A stretch of DNA of 64,000 bases from Thermoplasmata archaeon (GTDB lineage Archaea > Thermoplasmatota > Thermoplasmata > Lutacidiplasmatales > UBA184). The position numbers and the translations under genes are program-made. Position 1 is the first letter of the stretch. Each line of letters begins with the position of its first letter. The notes beneath the pieces are model-generated. The model made no database searches. It was not told where the DNA came from and was given only the letters and a program-made list of their open reading frames with translations. This document shows positions 46,325-56,715 of this stretch, piece by piece. Where the stretch lies: NCBI GenBank assembly GCA_035532555.1, contig DATKQS010000024.1, positions 11,225-75,224 on the forward strand, in the 5' to 3' direction.

Positions 46325-47299
46325 ATGGAGCTTCGTCGGATTCTCGGCGGCGATCGGGAGGCCTCCATCCTCGGCCTCTCGCTCGACTCGATCTGGACGT
46401 CCATCCACCCCGCCGAACCCGCGGCACGCCGGCTCGTGTCCATCGCCCAGGAAGGGGGCGCTCGACTCTTCGACACGGCCGACTCGCTCCATCCGAAGCG
46501 TACGGAGGCGATGCTCGACCGCGTCGATCGATTCGAACCGGGCACGCTGTGGATGCTTGAGCGATCTCCTTCGGCGCTTGGAGTCGATCCGGCATCGCGG
46601 CGCTTCGACCGCGGCGATGCCGGGATCGAAGCTCGCCTCCGAAGGTCCTTGGCGGAGATCCCCACCCGGCCCGACCTGGCCCGCTGGGTCCAATGGCGCG
46701 GGAGCGCCTCCCATCCGGAATGGGAGGACGAGGCCACCGCGTGCCTCCGGGAGCTCCAACGGGCCGGGGAGATCGCAGGGTGGAGCCTGCGTCGGTCCGC
46801 GGTGGCTGAGTCGACCGCAGTTCCTGCGGGAGTGGCGCTGAGCGGGGAGATCTCGCTGTTGGACCGAACGTGGGCCGGCATTCTTCGGACGACCGAACGA
46901 ACCGCCTCGTTCTTTGCACGGGACCCAATGGCCGCGGGTCGTCTCGATGGAACGAGATGGGATCGCTCCCTCAGTGCGACGGGAGGCCGGAGCGTGCCCG
47001 CTCCATTGAGGCGCTGGCAGGAGGAGGTGGCGCCGGTCCTTGAATTCGGATTCCTCACCGATGGACATCGCCGGACCCTGGCGCAGGCGGCGCTTCAGTA
47101 CGTCGCGGGCCTACCGGGCGTCGCATCGATCCTTGTCCCGCTCCCGCCGGCGGAACGACTCGCGGAATTCCTCGCGTTCGCGAACGCACCCGGCCTCTCC
47201 GAACCGGAGAGCGATCGTATCTCCCGGTCGATGGAGTTGGGGCCGGAGGCGCCCGGAGCGGGTCGTCTTGAGCGCGTGGGATCTTCGAGTGAGCCATGA
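46325..47299 (+). CDS. Divergent aldo/keto reductase-like protein
   Basis: 'LFDTAD', 'PMAAGRL.G', 'TLAQAALQYV...PGV'. Confidence 0.6.
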   Translation: MELRRILGGDREASILGLSLDSIWTSIHPAEPAARRLVSIAQEGGARLFDTADSLHPKRTEAMLDRVDRFEPGTLWMLERSPSALGVDPASRRFDRGDAGIEARLRRSLAEIPTRPDLARWVQWRGSASHPEWEDEATACLRELQRAGEIAGWSLRRSAVAESTAVPAGVALSGEISLLDRTWAGILRTTERTASFFARDPMAAGRLDGTRWDRSLSATGGRSVPAPLRRWQEEVAPVLEFGFLTDGHRRTLAQAALQYVAGLPGVASILVPLPPAERLAEFLAFANAPGLSEPESDRISRSMELGPEAPGAGRLERVGSSSEP

Positions 47300-47751
47300 G
47301 CCCGACGATCCCGATAGGTGCGACGGCCCCGGAGTTTGCCGCGCCTCGCCAAGACGGGAGCCTGCTCCGGCTTTCCGAGTACCGTGGCCGCCCGGTGATC
47401 CTGTACTTCTTTCCGAGGGCCGGGACCCCCGGGTGCACCCGGGAGGCCGAGGGGTTTGCCGAACGGTACCGCGAGCTCCAGGCGAAGGGGGTCGAGGTGG
47501 TGGGAATCAGCACGGATCCGGTGGAACGGCAGGCCCGCTTTGCCGCCGATTGCCGGGTCCCCTTCCCGCTCCTCTCCGACGCCGACCACGCCGTCGCCCG
47601 TTCGTACGGAGTGCTCGGGCTCCTCGGACTCTCGAAGCGAGTTACCTTCGTCCTCAGCGCGGACGGGGTTGTCGTCGACGTGATCTCTGGCCTCCTGCCG
47701 GGCCCCCACGTCCGCGGCGCGATCGACCGGTTCCTGACCTCCCCGGTGTAG
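47296..47751 (+). CDS. bcp: Peroxiredoxin BCP
   Basis: 'LYFFPRAGTPGCTREA'. Confidence 0.9.
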   Translation: MSPTIPIGATAPEFAAPRQDGSLLRLSEYRGRPVILYFFPRAGTPGCTREAEGFAERYRELQAKGVEVVGISTDPVERQARFAADCRVPFPLLSDADHAVARSYGVLGLLGLSKRVTFVLSADGVVVDVISGLLPGPHVRGAIDRFLTSPV

Positions 47752-47778
47752 GTCGATCCCACGCGGGGTCGGATCGCG

Positions 47779-47982
47779 TTACTCGTTCTCGTAGTCGAAG
47801 TAGATCCGCACCGTCGCGTGGTACTCCGCGACCTTCTGTCCCTCGATCCGGCCCTCGAACTCGGTGGCGCGGAACCACTTCAGGTTCCGGACGCTCTTCG
47901 CGGTGGTTTCCACCGCATTCTCGACCGCTTTCGCAAACGACTCCTTCGACGTGCCGACGACCTCGGTGATCTTCTGGACCAT
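47779..47982 (-). CDS. Dodecin family flavin-binding protein
   Basis: 'KITEVVGTS.ESF..AV.NA...A.KS.RNL.WF'. Confidence 0.9.
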   Translation of the reverse strand: MVQKITEVVGTSKESFAKAVENAVETTAKSVRNLKWFRATEFEGRIEGQKVAEYHATVRIYFDYENE

Positions 47983-48154
47983 GGGAGAACCTCGCCGAGG
48001 GAAAGGTACGCCCCGCGCATAATCGTCGCGAGGGGGCCACCCGTCCTGGCCGCGCTCGACCGACGGACCGGAACGGTCACAGTGTGATTTGGCGCAGTTG
48101 CTTCGTCACGGCAACCATTATCCGCCCCGCATCCCGACGGGCCTCGAGGCGTGC

Positions 48155-48964
48155 ATGTCCGACTTCCTGACCTTCTTCGTCCTCACGGCGGTCATGGGAC
48201 TCTCGATTTTCATCTCGTTGCCGCTCGTCATGAGCCGACGGATCCCGGTCGCCTGGATCGTGATGTTCAGCGCGGTCGCGATCGGCATCCTGATCTTCCT
48301 GATCGCCGACATCTTCTCCGACGTCGCCTCGGTCAATGTTGGAAGCGCTCAGTACCTGACGAACCCGACACTGGACGCGCTGTTCGTGGGCGGAGTCGCT
48401 CTCGCGTACGTGATCCTCTACTTCATCGATAATCGGGCGCCCGCGCTCGCCAAGGCGGAGGGTCAAGAGTCCTCGCTCGGCGACTTCAATCCGAGCCGAG
48501 TGGCGCTGATCATCGCGATCGGGATGGGATTCCAGAACCTCACCGAGGGCCTGGTCTTCGGCTTCAACTGGGTCGCGGGCAACGTCAGCCTCCTCGGGGT
48601 CATCTTCGTCGGATTCTTCGTCCAGAACATCACCGAAGGCTTCCCGATCGGAGCGCCGTTCATGGGACGGACGGAACGCCCGCGCGGCCGGATCGTGGCG
48701 TACTTCATGATCGGCGGTCTCACGACGATCCTCGGCGGAGTGGTGGGCTACCTGCTCGGCACGAACCCGGGAGCGTACTACACGCAGATCCTGGTCTTCT
48801 TCGACGCGATCGCGATCGGAGCCCTCGTCTACGTCATCTTGCCGATGATCCGGGTCGCGTTCCGCAAGGAAGGCACCACCACGGCCCACTTCTCGAAGCA
48901 GCGCCTGGTCTACTTCGGGGTCCTGGCCGGATTCCTTCTCGGATTCGTGGTGAACTCGTTCTAG
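48155..48964 (+). CDS. ZIP family metal transporter
   Basis: 'GFQNLTEGL', 'QNITEGFPI'; multi-TM. Confidence 0.85.
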   Translation: MSDFLTFFVLTAVMGLSIFISLPLVMSRRIPVAWIVMFSAVAIGILIFLIADIFSDVASVNVGSAQYLTNPTLDALFVGGVALAYVILYFIDNRAPALAKAEGQESSLGDFNPSRVALIIAIGMGFQNLTEGLVFGFNWVAGNVSLLGVIFVGFFVQNITEGFPIGAPFMGRTERPRGRIVAYFMIGGLTTILGGVVGYLLGTNPGAYYTQILVFFDAIAIGALVYVILPMIRVAFRKEGTTTAHFSKQRLVYFGVLAGFLLGFVVNSF

Positions 48965-49006
48965 ACGGAGCGGAGGTGGGCCCCCAACGCGACGGGCGGA
49001 GCGGCG

Positions 49007-49567
49007 CTACGGCTCTGCGAGTTCGCTGGATGCGTCGGCCGGAAGACCGAGGGTCGTGAGGATGTCCTCGTGCGATCGGCCGAACTCGGAAGGTGCCGCC
49101 TTCGCAAGATCGACCAGGCGCAGCCTCTTCCACGGATGCAGCGACGGGAGTCGGGAGGAGGCGAGGCGGCCCCGATAGATGAACTGGAGATCCCAGTGCT
49201 TGGTGTGCTGGGAGCGGGGCACGTAGAACTGGGAGTCCAGGATCGGCGGATCCCACGTGGCGGAGAGGTTTCCCAGCTGCTCGCGCAGGATCCGGGTCGC
49301 GGCGTGATTGGGACCCTCGCCGAAGAGTAGATGCGAGGCCGGCAGGACCCAGCGACCCTCGTTGAGTTCGACCTCCTCTCGAGCGAGGCCCGCGAAGTGG
49401 TCCCACGGCGCCTCGGGGTTCATCTGTCCCACCAGCACCTGCTTCGGGTCCCCGGGGGGACTGAAGATCAGGAACGCCGACAGGCAGATGTCCTCGGAAG
49501 GGAGCTCGTGGATGCTGAACGGTGCGTCGCTGCGCGTGAACCGGCAGAAGATCCGGTCGGTCGCCAT
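49007..49567 (-). CDS. NUDIX-like hydrolase
   Basis: 'WVLPASHL.FGE.P..AA.RILREQLG'. Confidence 0.7.
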   Translation of the reverse strand: MATDRIFCRFTRSDAPFSIHELPSEDICLSAFLIFSPPGDPKQVLVGQMNPEAPWDHFAGLAREEVELNEGRWVLPASHLLFGEGPNHAATRILREQLGNLSATWDPPILDSQFYVPRSQHTKHWDLQFIYRGRLASSRLPSLHPWKRLRLVDLAKAAPSEFGRSHEDILTTLGLPADASSELAEP

Positions 49568-50056
49568 CGCCGGGCCGAGCTTCGTGTGGTTGTAACGGTT
49601 CGGGTGAGGCTCGGGCCAGACACCCCCGTTTCCCGTCCCCTGTTCTCTGCCCGACAACCCGCGATGAGCTGGGCGAGGTGGTGGGCTGAGGGCGGTCGGA
49701 TCTGGAGAACCTCGGATCGCTCGGGGTGGATGGGTCGGCCGGGGCCAGCGCGCCAGGAGGTATGGAGGTCGACTCGCTCATCTTGCTGGAGCGGCCGGAT
49801 GCCCGCCGATCGTTCCCGTGGTCCGTGGATTGAGGGGAGAGGTCGGAACCCTTCCCGCTCTCCTCCTGCTGCGGACGACACTCCACGGGCCGGTCGACGC
49901 AACGAGCCGCTTCGTTCGGAGTCGCGTCTTCGTCGCCAGCAGCACCGGCAGCGGAATCCTCCTCGCCCCCATCTCCGTGCGCCCCCTTGTCGAGTGCTCT
50001 GGCACGGCTTCGGGGCCTGAAGGGGATCGATCGCGCGACCCGCCCTCGCACGCGCG

Positions 50057-50129
50057 AGCCGCCGGAGAGGATTGAACTCCCGACCTGCTGATTACAAATC
50101 AGCCGCTCTACCAACTGAGCTACGGCGGC
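50057..50129 (-). tRNA. tRNA-Thr(TGT)
   Basis: GCCGCCG acceptor stem, GCTGA-TTTGTAA-TCAGC anticodon arm, GTTCAATC T-loop; no encoded CCA. Confidence 0.97.
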
Positions 50130-50157
50130 ACCGGGTTGGGGATGCTGTCTCGGGGAC

Positions 50158-50163
50158 TTAAAT
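50158..50163. promoter_or_regulatory. TATA box between the divergent tRNA-Thr and hutU genes
   Basis: ttaaat is the main AT-rich box and lies about 28-30 bp from both starts. Confidence 0.55.
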
Positions 50164-50190
50164 CAGGTCGCGCCCCCCCGTCGCCGCTTT

Positions 50191-51897
50191 ATGGCGCCTC
50201 CGGTGGTAGCCGGTGTGGCTTCGAACGACCCCGCGCACCACAACATCCACGCCCCACGGGGCCCGGACCTTTCCTGCAAGGGCTGGAGCCAGGAGGCCGC
50301 CCTGCGCCTGCTGATGAATAATCTCGATCCCGAGGTCGCTCGGGATCCGGATCATCTCATCGTGTACGGGGGGCGCGGCAAGGCCGCGCGGAATTGGGAG
50401 GCGTACGATCGGATCGTCGCGGCGCTTCGCACGCTCGGGAACGACGAGACGCTCCTCGTGCAGTCGGGCAAGCCCGTCGGGATCTTTCCGACGCACCCCG
50501 CCGCACCGCGCGTGCTGATATCGAACGCGATGATCGTGCCCCGCTGGGCGACCGACGAGATCTTCTGGGACCTCGAGGCGAGGGGCCTGACCATGTACGG
50601 CCAGATGACGGCCGGCAGCTGGGTGTACATCGGCACGCAGGGGATCCTGCAGGGCACGTACGAGACGCTCGCATCGCTGAGCCGAGTCGAGTTCCAAGCA
50701 CCGGACCTCACCGGACACTGGATGCTCTCGAGTGGCCTCGGAGAGATGGGAGGAGCCCAGCCGCTGGCCGTGACGATGCTGGGCGGCGTCGCCCTCATCG
50801 TGGACGTCGATCCCCGCGCGATCGATCGCCGGCTCCGGCTGAAGTACCTCGATGTGCAGGCCCCCTCGCTCGACGAAGCGCTGGCGCTCGTCCACGACGC
50901 GGTCGAGGGTCGTCGGCCCCTCTCCGTCGGTCTTCAGGCGAACGCGGCGGACGTGTACCCGGAGATCGTGCGCAAGGGGATCGTGCCCCACGTGGTCAGC
51001 GATCAGACGGCGGCCCACGATCTGCGGGTGGGCTACATCCCGCAGGGGCTGACGGTGGAGGAAGCGGCCCGCGCTCGTGTCGACGACCCTGCGGCCTACC
51101 TCGTCCGGGTCCGCGCTTCGCTCGCCATGGAGGCCCGGGCCATCCTCGCGATGCAACGGCAGGGGGCGAAGACGTTCGACTACGGCAATAACTTCCGGAC
51201 CCAGGCGAAGGAGTCCGGGGTACCGGATGCGTTCGAGATTCCCGGATACGTACCGAAGTACATCCGGCCGCTGTTCGCCGTCGGGAGCGGGCCGTTCCGC
51301 TGGATCGCGCTCAGCGGCGATCCCGAGGACATCCGCCAAATCGACCGGATGATCTTGGACGAGTTCCGGGAGAACGAGCCGCTCTGCCGATGGATCCGGC
51401 TTGCCGGGGAGAAGGTACGCTTCCAGGGACTCCCCGCCCGGATCTGTTACATGGGCTACGGGGAGCGGGAGCGCTTCGGACATCTCGTCAACGCGCTCGT
51501 GCGCGACCACGACCTCGTCGCGCCGATCGCCATCGGACGCGACCACCACGATACGGGGAGCGTCGCGAGCCCGTTCCGAGAGACCGAGGCGATGCGGGAC
51601 GGCTCGGACGCGATCGCCGACTGGCCGATCCTCAACGCCCTCCTGAACGTCGCGAGCGGGGCGAGCTGGGTCTCGGTCCATCACGGCGGAGGCGTCGGGA
51701 TCGGGAACTCGATCCACGCGGGCCTCGTGATCGTGGCCGACGGAACGGCGGAGGCCGACGAGCGGATCCGCCGGGCGTTGCACAACGATCCCGGGATCGG
51801 AGTCGCGCGCCACGCCGATGCGGGATATCCAGAGTCGCGCGCGCTGTTGGCCTCCGCCCGGTTCCGGGTGCCGGGCGAGCCACCGGCGCCGCCGTAG
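50191..51897 (+). CDS. hutU: Urocanate hydratase
   Basis: 'NNLDPEVA', '[23 protein letters not shown]', 'FDYGNN', 'HHGGGVG'. Confidence 0.97.
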   Translation: MAPPVVAGVASNDPAHHNIHAPRGPDLSCKGWSQEAALRLLMNNLDPEVARDPDHLIVYGGRGKAARNWEAYDRIVAALRTLGNDETLLVQSGKPVGIFPTHPAAPRVLISNAMIVPRWATDEIFWDLEARGLTMYGQMTAGSWVYIGTQGILQGTYETLASLSRVEFQAPDLTGHWMLSSGLGEMGGAQPLAVTMLGGVALIVDVDPRAIDRRLRLKYLDVQAPSLDEALALVHDAVEGRRPLSVGLQANAADVYPEIVRKGIVPHVVSDQTAAHDLRVGYIPQGLTVEEAARARVDDPAAYLVRVRASLAMEARAILAMQRQGAKTFDYGNNFRTQAKESGVPDAFEIPGYVPKYIRPLFAVGSGPFRWIALSGDPEDIRQIDRMILDEFRENEPLCRWIRLAGEKVRFQGLPARICYMGYGERERFGHLVNALVRDHDLVAPIAIGRDHHDTGSVASPFRETEAMRDGSDAIADWPILNALLNVASGASWVSVHHGGGVGIGNSIHAGLVIVADGTAEADERIRRALHNDPGIGVARHADAGYPESRALLASARFRVPGEPPAPP

Positions 51898-51940
51898 CGG
51901 CGCGCGCCGCGCTTTAGTACGCACTCGCCTTCGAACGGCC

Positions 51941-53044
51941 ATGTCCCCGGATTCTGCACAACCCGATCTGCTCGCCCGAAGAGTCCTGTCCCAGAGGATC
52001 CAACTCCGCCCGAAGGAGACGGTCACGATCGAGGCGTGGCCCACCGCCTTGCCTTGGGCCAATGCGTTCGTGCGGCAAGCTCGTCGGATCGGCGCGAAGC
52101 CGATCCTGCTCTACGACGACGAGGCGTCCTACTGGAAGGAGGTGCTCTCGGGCGGGGCGCCGGGCCTCGGTCGACCCGGGGCCCACGAGTGGGCCGTACT
52201 CGAGCACTCCGACGTCTACATCTACTTCTGGGGACCGGAGGACCGAAGCCGGATGCGCGCGTTGCCGGACGCGACCCAGGAGGCGCTGACGGCGTTCAAT
52301 GCGCGCTGGTACGAGGTTGCGACGAAGGCCGGTCTGCGTGGCCTTCGCATGGAAATCGCCCGCGCCACCGAGGCCAATGCGCGATACTACGGGGTCAATC
52401 TGGGCCGGTGGGAGCGAGAGCTCGTTACGGCCAGTATGCGGAATCCGGCGGAGTTCGATCGGCCCAGCGCCCGACTCCGGCGCGCCCTGGAGCACGGAAC
52501 GATCGTACGGATCCGGCATCCCAACGGGACCGACCTATCCCTCGCGCTCGCGGACCGGGAGGCGAGGAGCTTCCTCGGGCGGGTGACCCGGGAGACCATG
52601 AAACGCCGGTTCGGCATGCTCGCGAGCGTGCCGACCGCGGCGGTGGTGGTCTCGGTGGATGAATCAACGGCCGAGGGAACGATCGTTTCGGATCGGGAGA
52701 ACTACCTCCCCTCCGGCCCGGTGGTGAAGGGCGCCTGGAAATTCTCGGACGGACGCCTACGGTCCGCTCGCTACGCATCCGGAGGGGCCCGGTTCCGTGG
52801 GCCCTACGCCATGGGTGGCGATGGAAAGGATCGGCCGGCATTCCTCGAGATCGGACTCGACCCGGCGCTCCGTGTCTCGCCGGAGCTCGAGGATAGCGAA
52901 CTGGGCGCGATCACCGTCGGCATCGGCGCCAACGCCGGTTACGGGGGCAAGAGCAAGTCGAGTTTCAGTAGCTGGCTGACCGTACGAGGCGCGGAGCTGT
53001 CGATCGACGGAACGGTCGTGGTCAAGGGCGGGCGGGTCCGCTAG
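51941..53044 (+). CDS. M29 aminopeptidase-like protein (metal ligands look degenerate)
   Basis: 'GTDL.L', 'AEGTIV.D', 'EIGLDP', 'IDG.VVVKGG'. Confidence 0.65.
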   Translation: MSPDSAQPDLLARRVLSQRIQLRPKETVTIEAWPTALPWANAFVRQARRIGAKPILLYDDEASYWKEVLSGGAPGLGRPGAHEWAVLEHSDVYIYFWGPEDRSRMRALPDATQEALTAFNARWYEVATKAGLRGLRMEIARATEANARYYGVNLGRWERELVTASMRNPAEFDRPSARLRRALEHGTIVRIRHPNGTDLSLALADREARSFLGRVTRETMKRRFGMLASVPTAAVVVSVDESTAEGTIVSDRENYLPSGPVVKGAWKFSDGRLRSARYASGGARFRGPYAMGGDGKDRPAFLEIGLDPALRVSPELEDSELGAITVGIGANAGYGGKSKSSFSSWLTVRGAELSIDGTVVVKGGRVR

Positions 53045-53063
53045 GCCGGCCCGGGGACCGGGA

Positions 53064-53519
53064 TCAGGGCGAACGCACCCGATCGCGGGCCCGCGCAACG
53101 ACCGTTCGGTCGGTCTCGTAGGTGACGGTGCTCACGGCCTCTTCCGGCGCGAGCCATGCGTGTCGGTCGAAGATCGGCTCGAGCCGAACCGACCGCGTGG
53201 GGGTGTAGGCGAGGAAGTAGATCGCCGTCTTGAGCACGTTCGAACCCTCGCGCGGCCGATAGAAGCGGTACGCGATCTCGCCAATCTCCTCTCGGAGGTC
53301 CACCGAATCGATGCCGGTCTCTTCGACGATCTCCCGACGCGCGGCCTGCGCTAAGGACTCTCCCGGGTCGACGTGGCCCTTCGGGAGACACCAACGGTCC
53401 TCGTCCGCGAGGTGGATCAGCAGGAACTCACCGCTCGGTTCGTGGACCACGACCGCACCCGCGGAGAGTTCCGGCACGATCGGCGCGTCGGCTCGAAAGG
53501 GGAGGGTTCCCGATTTCAC
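53064..53519 (-). CDS. NUDIX hydrolase (Ap4A hydrolase-like)
   Basis: Nudix box 'W.LPKGHVDPGES..QAARREIVEETG'. Confidence 0.92.
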   Translation of the reverse strand: MKSGTLPFRADAPIVPELSAGAVVVHEPSGEFLLIHLADEDRWCLPKGHVDPGESLAQAARREIVEETGIDSVDLREEIGEIAYRFYRPREGSNVLKTAIYFLAYTPTRSVRLEPIFDRHAWLAPEEAVSTVTYETDRTVVARARDRVRSP

Positions 53520-53614
53520 GGGGGCCCCGATGGACCCTCGGCTCTTAGCCCCTCCACCGGAAGCGGAATCCCGCCGATGAACGCTTATGGGGCCGTACGC
53601 CTCCGCCTCGCCGG

Positions 53615-55207
53615 ATGCTCGGCCCCGAGGAGGAATATCACGACCTCGCGACGCTCGTGGTCGCGAAGGCCGCGAAGAACGAGGAGAAGGTCGCGGTACG
53701 CTTCGGCAACAAGACCCTCTCCTATCGCGATCTCGATCGCGAGAGTCGGCGAGTGGCCTCCGGCCTCCAGGCCGCGGGAATCGGGCACGGAGATCGGGTC
53801 GCCGCGTTCCTGTTCAACGGCCCAGAGTTCCTCTCGCTCTGGTTCGGGCTCTCCCGCCTCGGGGCCGTCCTGGTTCCGCTGAACACGGCCCTCAAGGGAG
53901 AGATCCTCCGCTACGAGCTCGATGATGCCGCCCCGAAGGCGATCGTCGTTGACGTTCGGCTCTGGCCCACCTACGCCGCGGTCCGTGGTCCGAGCCCTAT
54001 CCCGAGGGAATGGATCCTCACGCCGGGGACTTCGGTCGATGCGCTCCCACCGGACGTCGCGAACTTTGCATCGTTGCCGAGCGACGCGCCGCTCGGTCCC
54101 GTGGACCCTCCGCAGCCGTGGGAGGCCGCGGCGATCATGTACACGAGTGGCACGACCGGGCCTCCCAAGGGAGTCCTCGTGCCGCACGAGGGCTACCTCG
54201 TTACTTCGGCCGAGATCGGGCGAAGAAGCCGCCTTCACGACGGCGCGGTGCTGTTCACGGGGCTCCCCCTGTTCCACTGCAACGCCCAGGAGATGACGAC
54301 CCTCGCCGCGATGCTCAACGATCTCACGGCCGCCTTCGAGGAGCGGTTCCACGCGAGCACCTACTGGGAGACCGCCGCCGCGATGGGAGCGACCCACGTT
54401 TCGCTGTTGATCTCGATGATCAACGTGCTGTACAAGCAGCCCGAGAAGCCGACCGATCGCCATCACACCGTGCGCGTCGCCCTCACCGCCGGAACGACGA
54501 AGCAGATCTGGCCGGAGTTCGAGAAGCGCTTCGGCCTGACCGTGATCGAGCTCTACGGGATGACCGAGTGCGGGTGCACGACGCTCATGAATCCCCCGAA
54601 CGCGATCCGGGTCGGCTCGATCGGAACTCCCCTCGACTTCGTCGAGGCCGAGGTGGTGGACGAGCAGGATCGCCCCGTGCCGAACGGAGAGCGGGGCGAG
54701 CTGATCGTTCGGCCCCGACGACCGTTCACGATGTTCCTCGGCTATCTCAACAAATCCGAACAGACCGTCGACGCCTGGAGGAACCTGTGGTTCCACACGG
54801 GGGACTACGTGACGCGCGACGCGGACGGGTACTACTACTTCGTCGACCGTAAGAAGGATGTCATCCGCCGCCGCGGGGAGAACATCGCGCCGTATGACGT
54901 GGAGACTGCGATCAACCACCACCCCGCCGTCTTCGAGTCCGTCGTGGTGGCCGTCCCCTCCCCGCTCGGAGAGGACGACGTGAAGGCGTTCGTGCAGCTC
55001 AAGCCCGGCGCGACGGTGGACCCCAAGGCGCTGTTCGAGTTCGCGAGCGAGCGCCTTCCGTTCTTCATGGTGCCGAAGTACATCGAGTTCCTGGACGAGA
55101 TCCCCAAGACGGCCAATCAGAAGGCCCAGCGCTACCTCCTCCGGGGACGGCGCGGAGGTCAGGAGTACGACCGAGACACCCTCGACGTCGTCCTCCGCAA
55201 GCCGTAG
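53615..55207 (+). CDS. Acyl-CoA synthetase (CaiC-like AMP-binding enzyme)
   Basis: 'YTSGTTGPPKG', 'YGMTE', 'WFHTGD', 'DRKKD.IRRRGENI'. Confidence 0.93.
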   Translation: MLGPEEEYHDLATLVVAKAAKNEEKVAVRFGNKTLSYRDLDRESRRVASGLQAAGIGHGDRVAAFLFNGPEFLSLWFGLSRLGAVLVPLNTALKGEILRYELDDAAPKAIVVDVRLWPTYAAVRGPSPIPREWILTPGTSVDALPPDVANFASLPSDAPLGPVDPPQPWEAAAIMYTSGTTGPPKGVLVPHEGYLVTSAEIGRRSRLHDGAVLFTGLPLFHCNAQEMTTLAAMLNDLTAAFEERFHASTYWETAAAMGATHVSLLISMINVLYKQPEKPTDRHHTVRVALTAGTTKQIWPEFEKRFGLTVIELYGMTECGCTTLMNPPNAIRVGSIGTPLDFVEAEVVDEQDRPVPNGERGELIVRPRRPFTMFLGYLNKSEQTVDAWRNLWFHTGDYVTRDADGYYYFVDRKKDVIRRRGENIAPYDVETAINHHPAVFESVVVAVPSPLGEDDVKAFVQLKPGATVDPKALFEFASERLPFFMVPKYIEFLDEIPKTANQKAQRYLLRGRRGGQEYDRDTLDVVLRKP

Positions 55208-55610
55208 CGTCGATCGGGGCCCCCCGATCGTCCTCCTCGACGCCAACGCGCTCGTGCTGTGCGCCCGGGCTACCTTCCCTCTCGAAGCCGAGATCGAGCG
55301 CCTCGTGGGACCGACACGGATCGCGGTGCCGGCCTCCGTCCTCCGCGAGCTCGACGGCCTCCTCCAGCGAGGGACCCCGGAGGCGGGGCTCGCCCGGGCC
55401 CTGGCCGGGCGGTTTGCCTCGATCGATTCCCCCGGAAGCGGCGACGACGCGATCTTGGAACTCGCCGTCGAGCGTCACGCCTTCGTGGTGACCTCGGATC
55501 GAGATCTGTCCGATCGACTCGTGAACGCCGGGCTCGACGTTCTCATGCCGAGGGACCGGGACCGGCTTGTCCGCCGGGCCGGCCGATCGCGACCCGCCGG
55601 TAACGGTTAA
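55206..55610 (+). CDS. PIN-domain nuclease (Fcf1/Utp24-like); start codon not evident
   Basis: In-frame 'IVLLDANAL' upstream of the first GTG; 'VLREL', 'GDDAIL', 'VVTSD'. Confidence 0.8.
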   Translation, partial: SVDRGPPIVLLDANALVLCARATFPLEAEIERLVGPTRIAVPASVLRELDGLLQRGTPEAGLARALAGRFASIDSPGSGDDAILELAVERHAFVVTSDRDLSDRLVNAGLDVLMPRDRDRLVRRAGRSRPAGNG

Positions 55611-55658
55611 GACTCGTACCCCGCTCGCCGGGATGGAGCGCGTGGGTGGGATAGGGCG

Positions 55659-56708
55659 ATGCGAGACGACGACAAGCTGTTGGACCTTCCGGACGCGGAG
55701 TTCGGGAGCGGCGTCATCGGGGTCTGCGACGTCTGCGGCACCCGCCAGGCCGTGATCGTCCTGCAGAAGGAGCGCTTCAAGCTCTGCGTCATCGATTTTC
55801 TCAACAAAACCTGGCGGAAGAGCACGAACGCCCCCGGCGCTCCGCTCCCCCCGTACCGCAGCGAACGGATCTGGTTTCCGAGCAAGGCGGTCCCGGGCGG
55901 GAGCGCACCGGCCATCGTGCTGACTCCGACCAAGCCGGTCCGCCACCCCGCCGTCCTCATCACTCCCGACGTCTACGGCCTGACGACCACGGTCCTGGAC
56001 GCGGCGATCCGGTTCGCACGAGAAGGATTCGAGGTCCTGCTGCCCGACCTGACGAAGAGCGCGGGGTTCGGCGCGTCGCTCCACTTCGCGCTCCGCGGAG
56101 ACGTACGGTTCCGTGGAGGGGTCGCGATCCGGTCCGAGCGGGTCGCGACGGTCCTCGAGCTCTACACCGACGCGCTCGATACCCTTCGAGCCCGCGACAT
56201 GGTGGACCCGGCTCGCACGGCGCTCTTCGGGACGAGCTACGGAGCGAGCCTCGCGCTCGCCCTCGCCGCTCAAGATCCCAAGCTCGCCGCCGTGGCGCTC
56301 GCCTATCCGGTGGGCACGAATCCTCCGGACCTCGCCAAGCTCGTCACCGTGCCGATCCTCTGCATCTCGGGGGACCGGGATCGCCTCGCCCAGAAGGCCC
56401 GGGCCCAGCTCGACCACGCTCGGATGGAGACCCGCAGCGCCTTCGAGTTCGTGGATCTGCCCGGCGCGCGGCACGACTTCCTCTCTCGGGATTCCTCCCA
56501 TTACGATGTCGCGACCGCCGAAGAGGGTTGGACCCGCATCATCGGGTTCCTCCGTCGGCAGCTCTTGCCTCCGCCCCCGAAGCCGCCGTCGGTGCCGAGC
56601 AAACCGGCCGCGCCCGCTGCGGCCTCCCCGGCTGTGCGTCCCGCGGCAGCCGCGGCGACCTCGGCCGCCCCCGTCGCGACCGCCCCGCCGCCTCCGGCGC
56701 CGAGTTGA
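55659..56708 (+). CDS. Dienelactone hydrolase family protein with an N-terminal Zn ribbon
   Basis: 'DVYGL', 'GTSYG', 'PGARHDF'; N-terminal CDVC...C. Confidence 0.8.
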   Translation: MRDDDKLLDLPDAEFGSGVIGVCDVCGTRQAVIVLQKERFKLCVIDFLNKTWRKSTNAPGAPLPPYRSERIWFPSKAVPGGSAPAIVLTPTKPVRHPAVLITPDVYGLTTTVLDAAIRFAREGFEVLLPDLTKSAGFGASLHFALRGDVRFRGGVAIRSERVATVLELYTDALDTLRARDMVDPARTALFGTSYGASLALALAAQDPKLAAVALAYPVGTNPPDLAKLVTVPILCISGDRDRLAQKARAQLDHARMETRSAFEFVDLPGARHDFLSRDSSHYDVATAEEGWTRIIGFLRRQLLPPPPKPPSVPSKPAAPAAASPAVRPAAAAATSAAPVATAPPPPAPS

Positions 56709-56715
56709 CCCTTCC

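Noticed and set aside
49570..50056. Island or gene downstream of tRNA-Thr
   Set aside because: No tRNA 3' duplication or integrase seen; the ORFs are low-complexity and unconvincing
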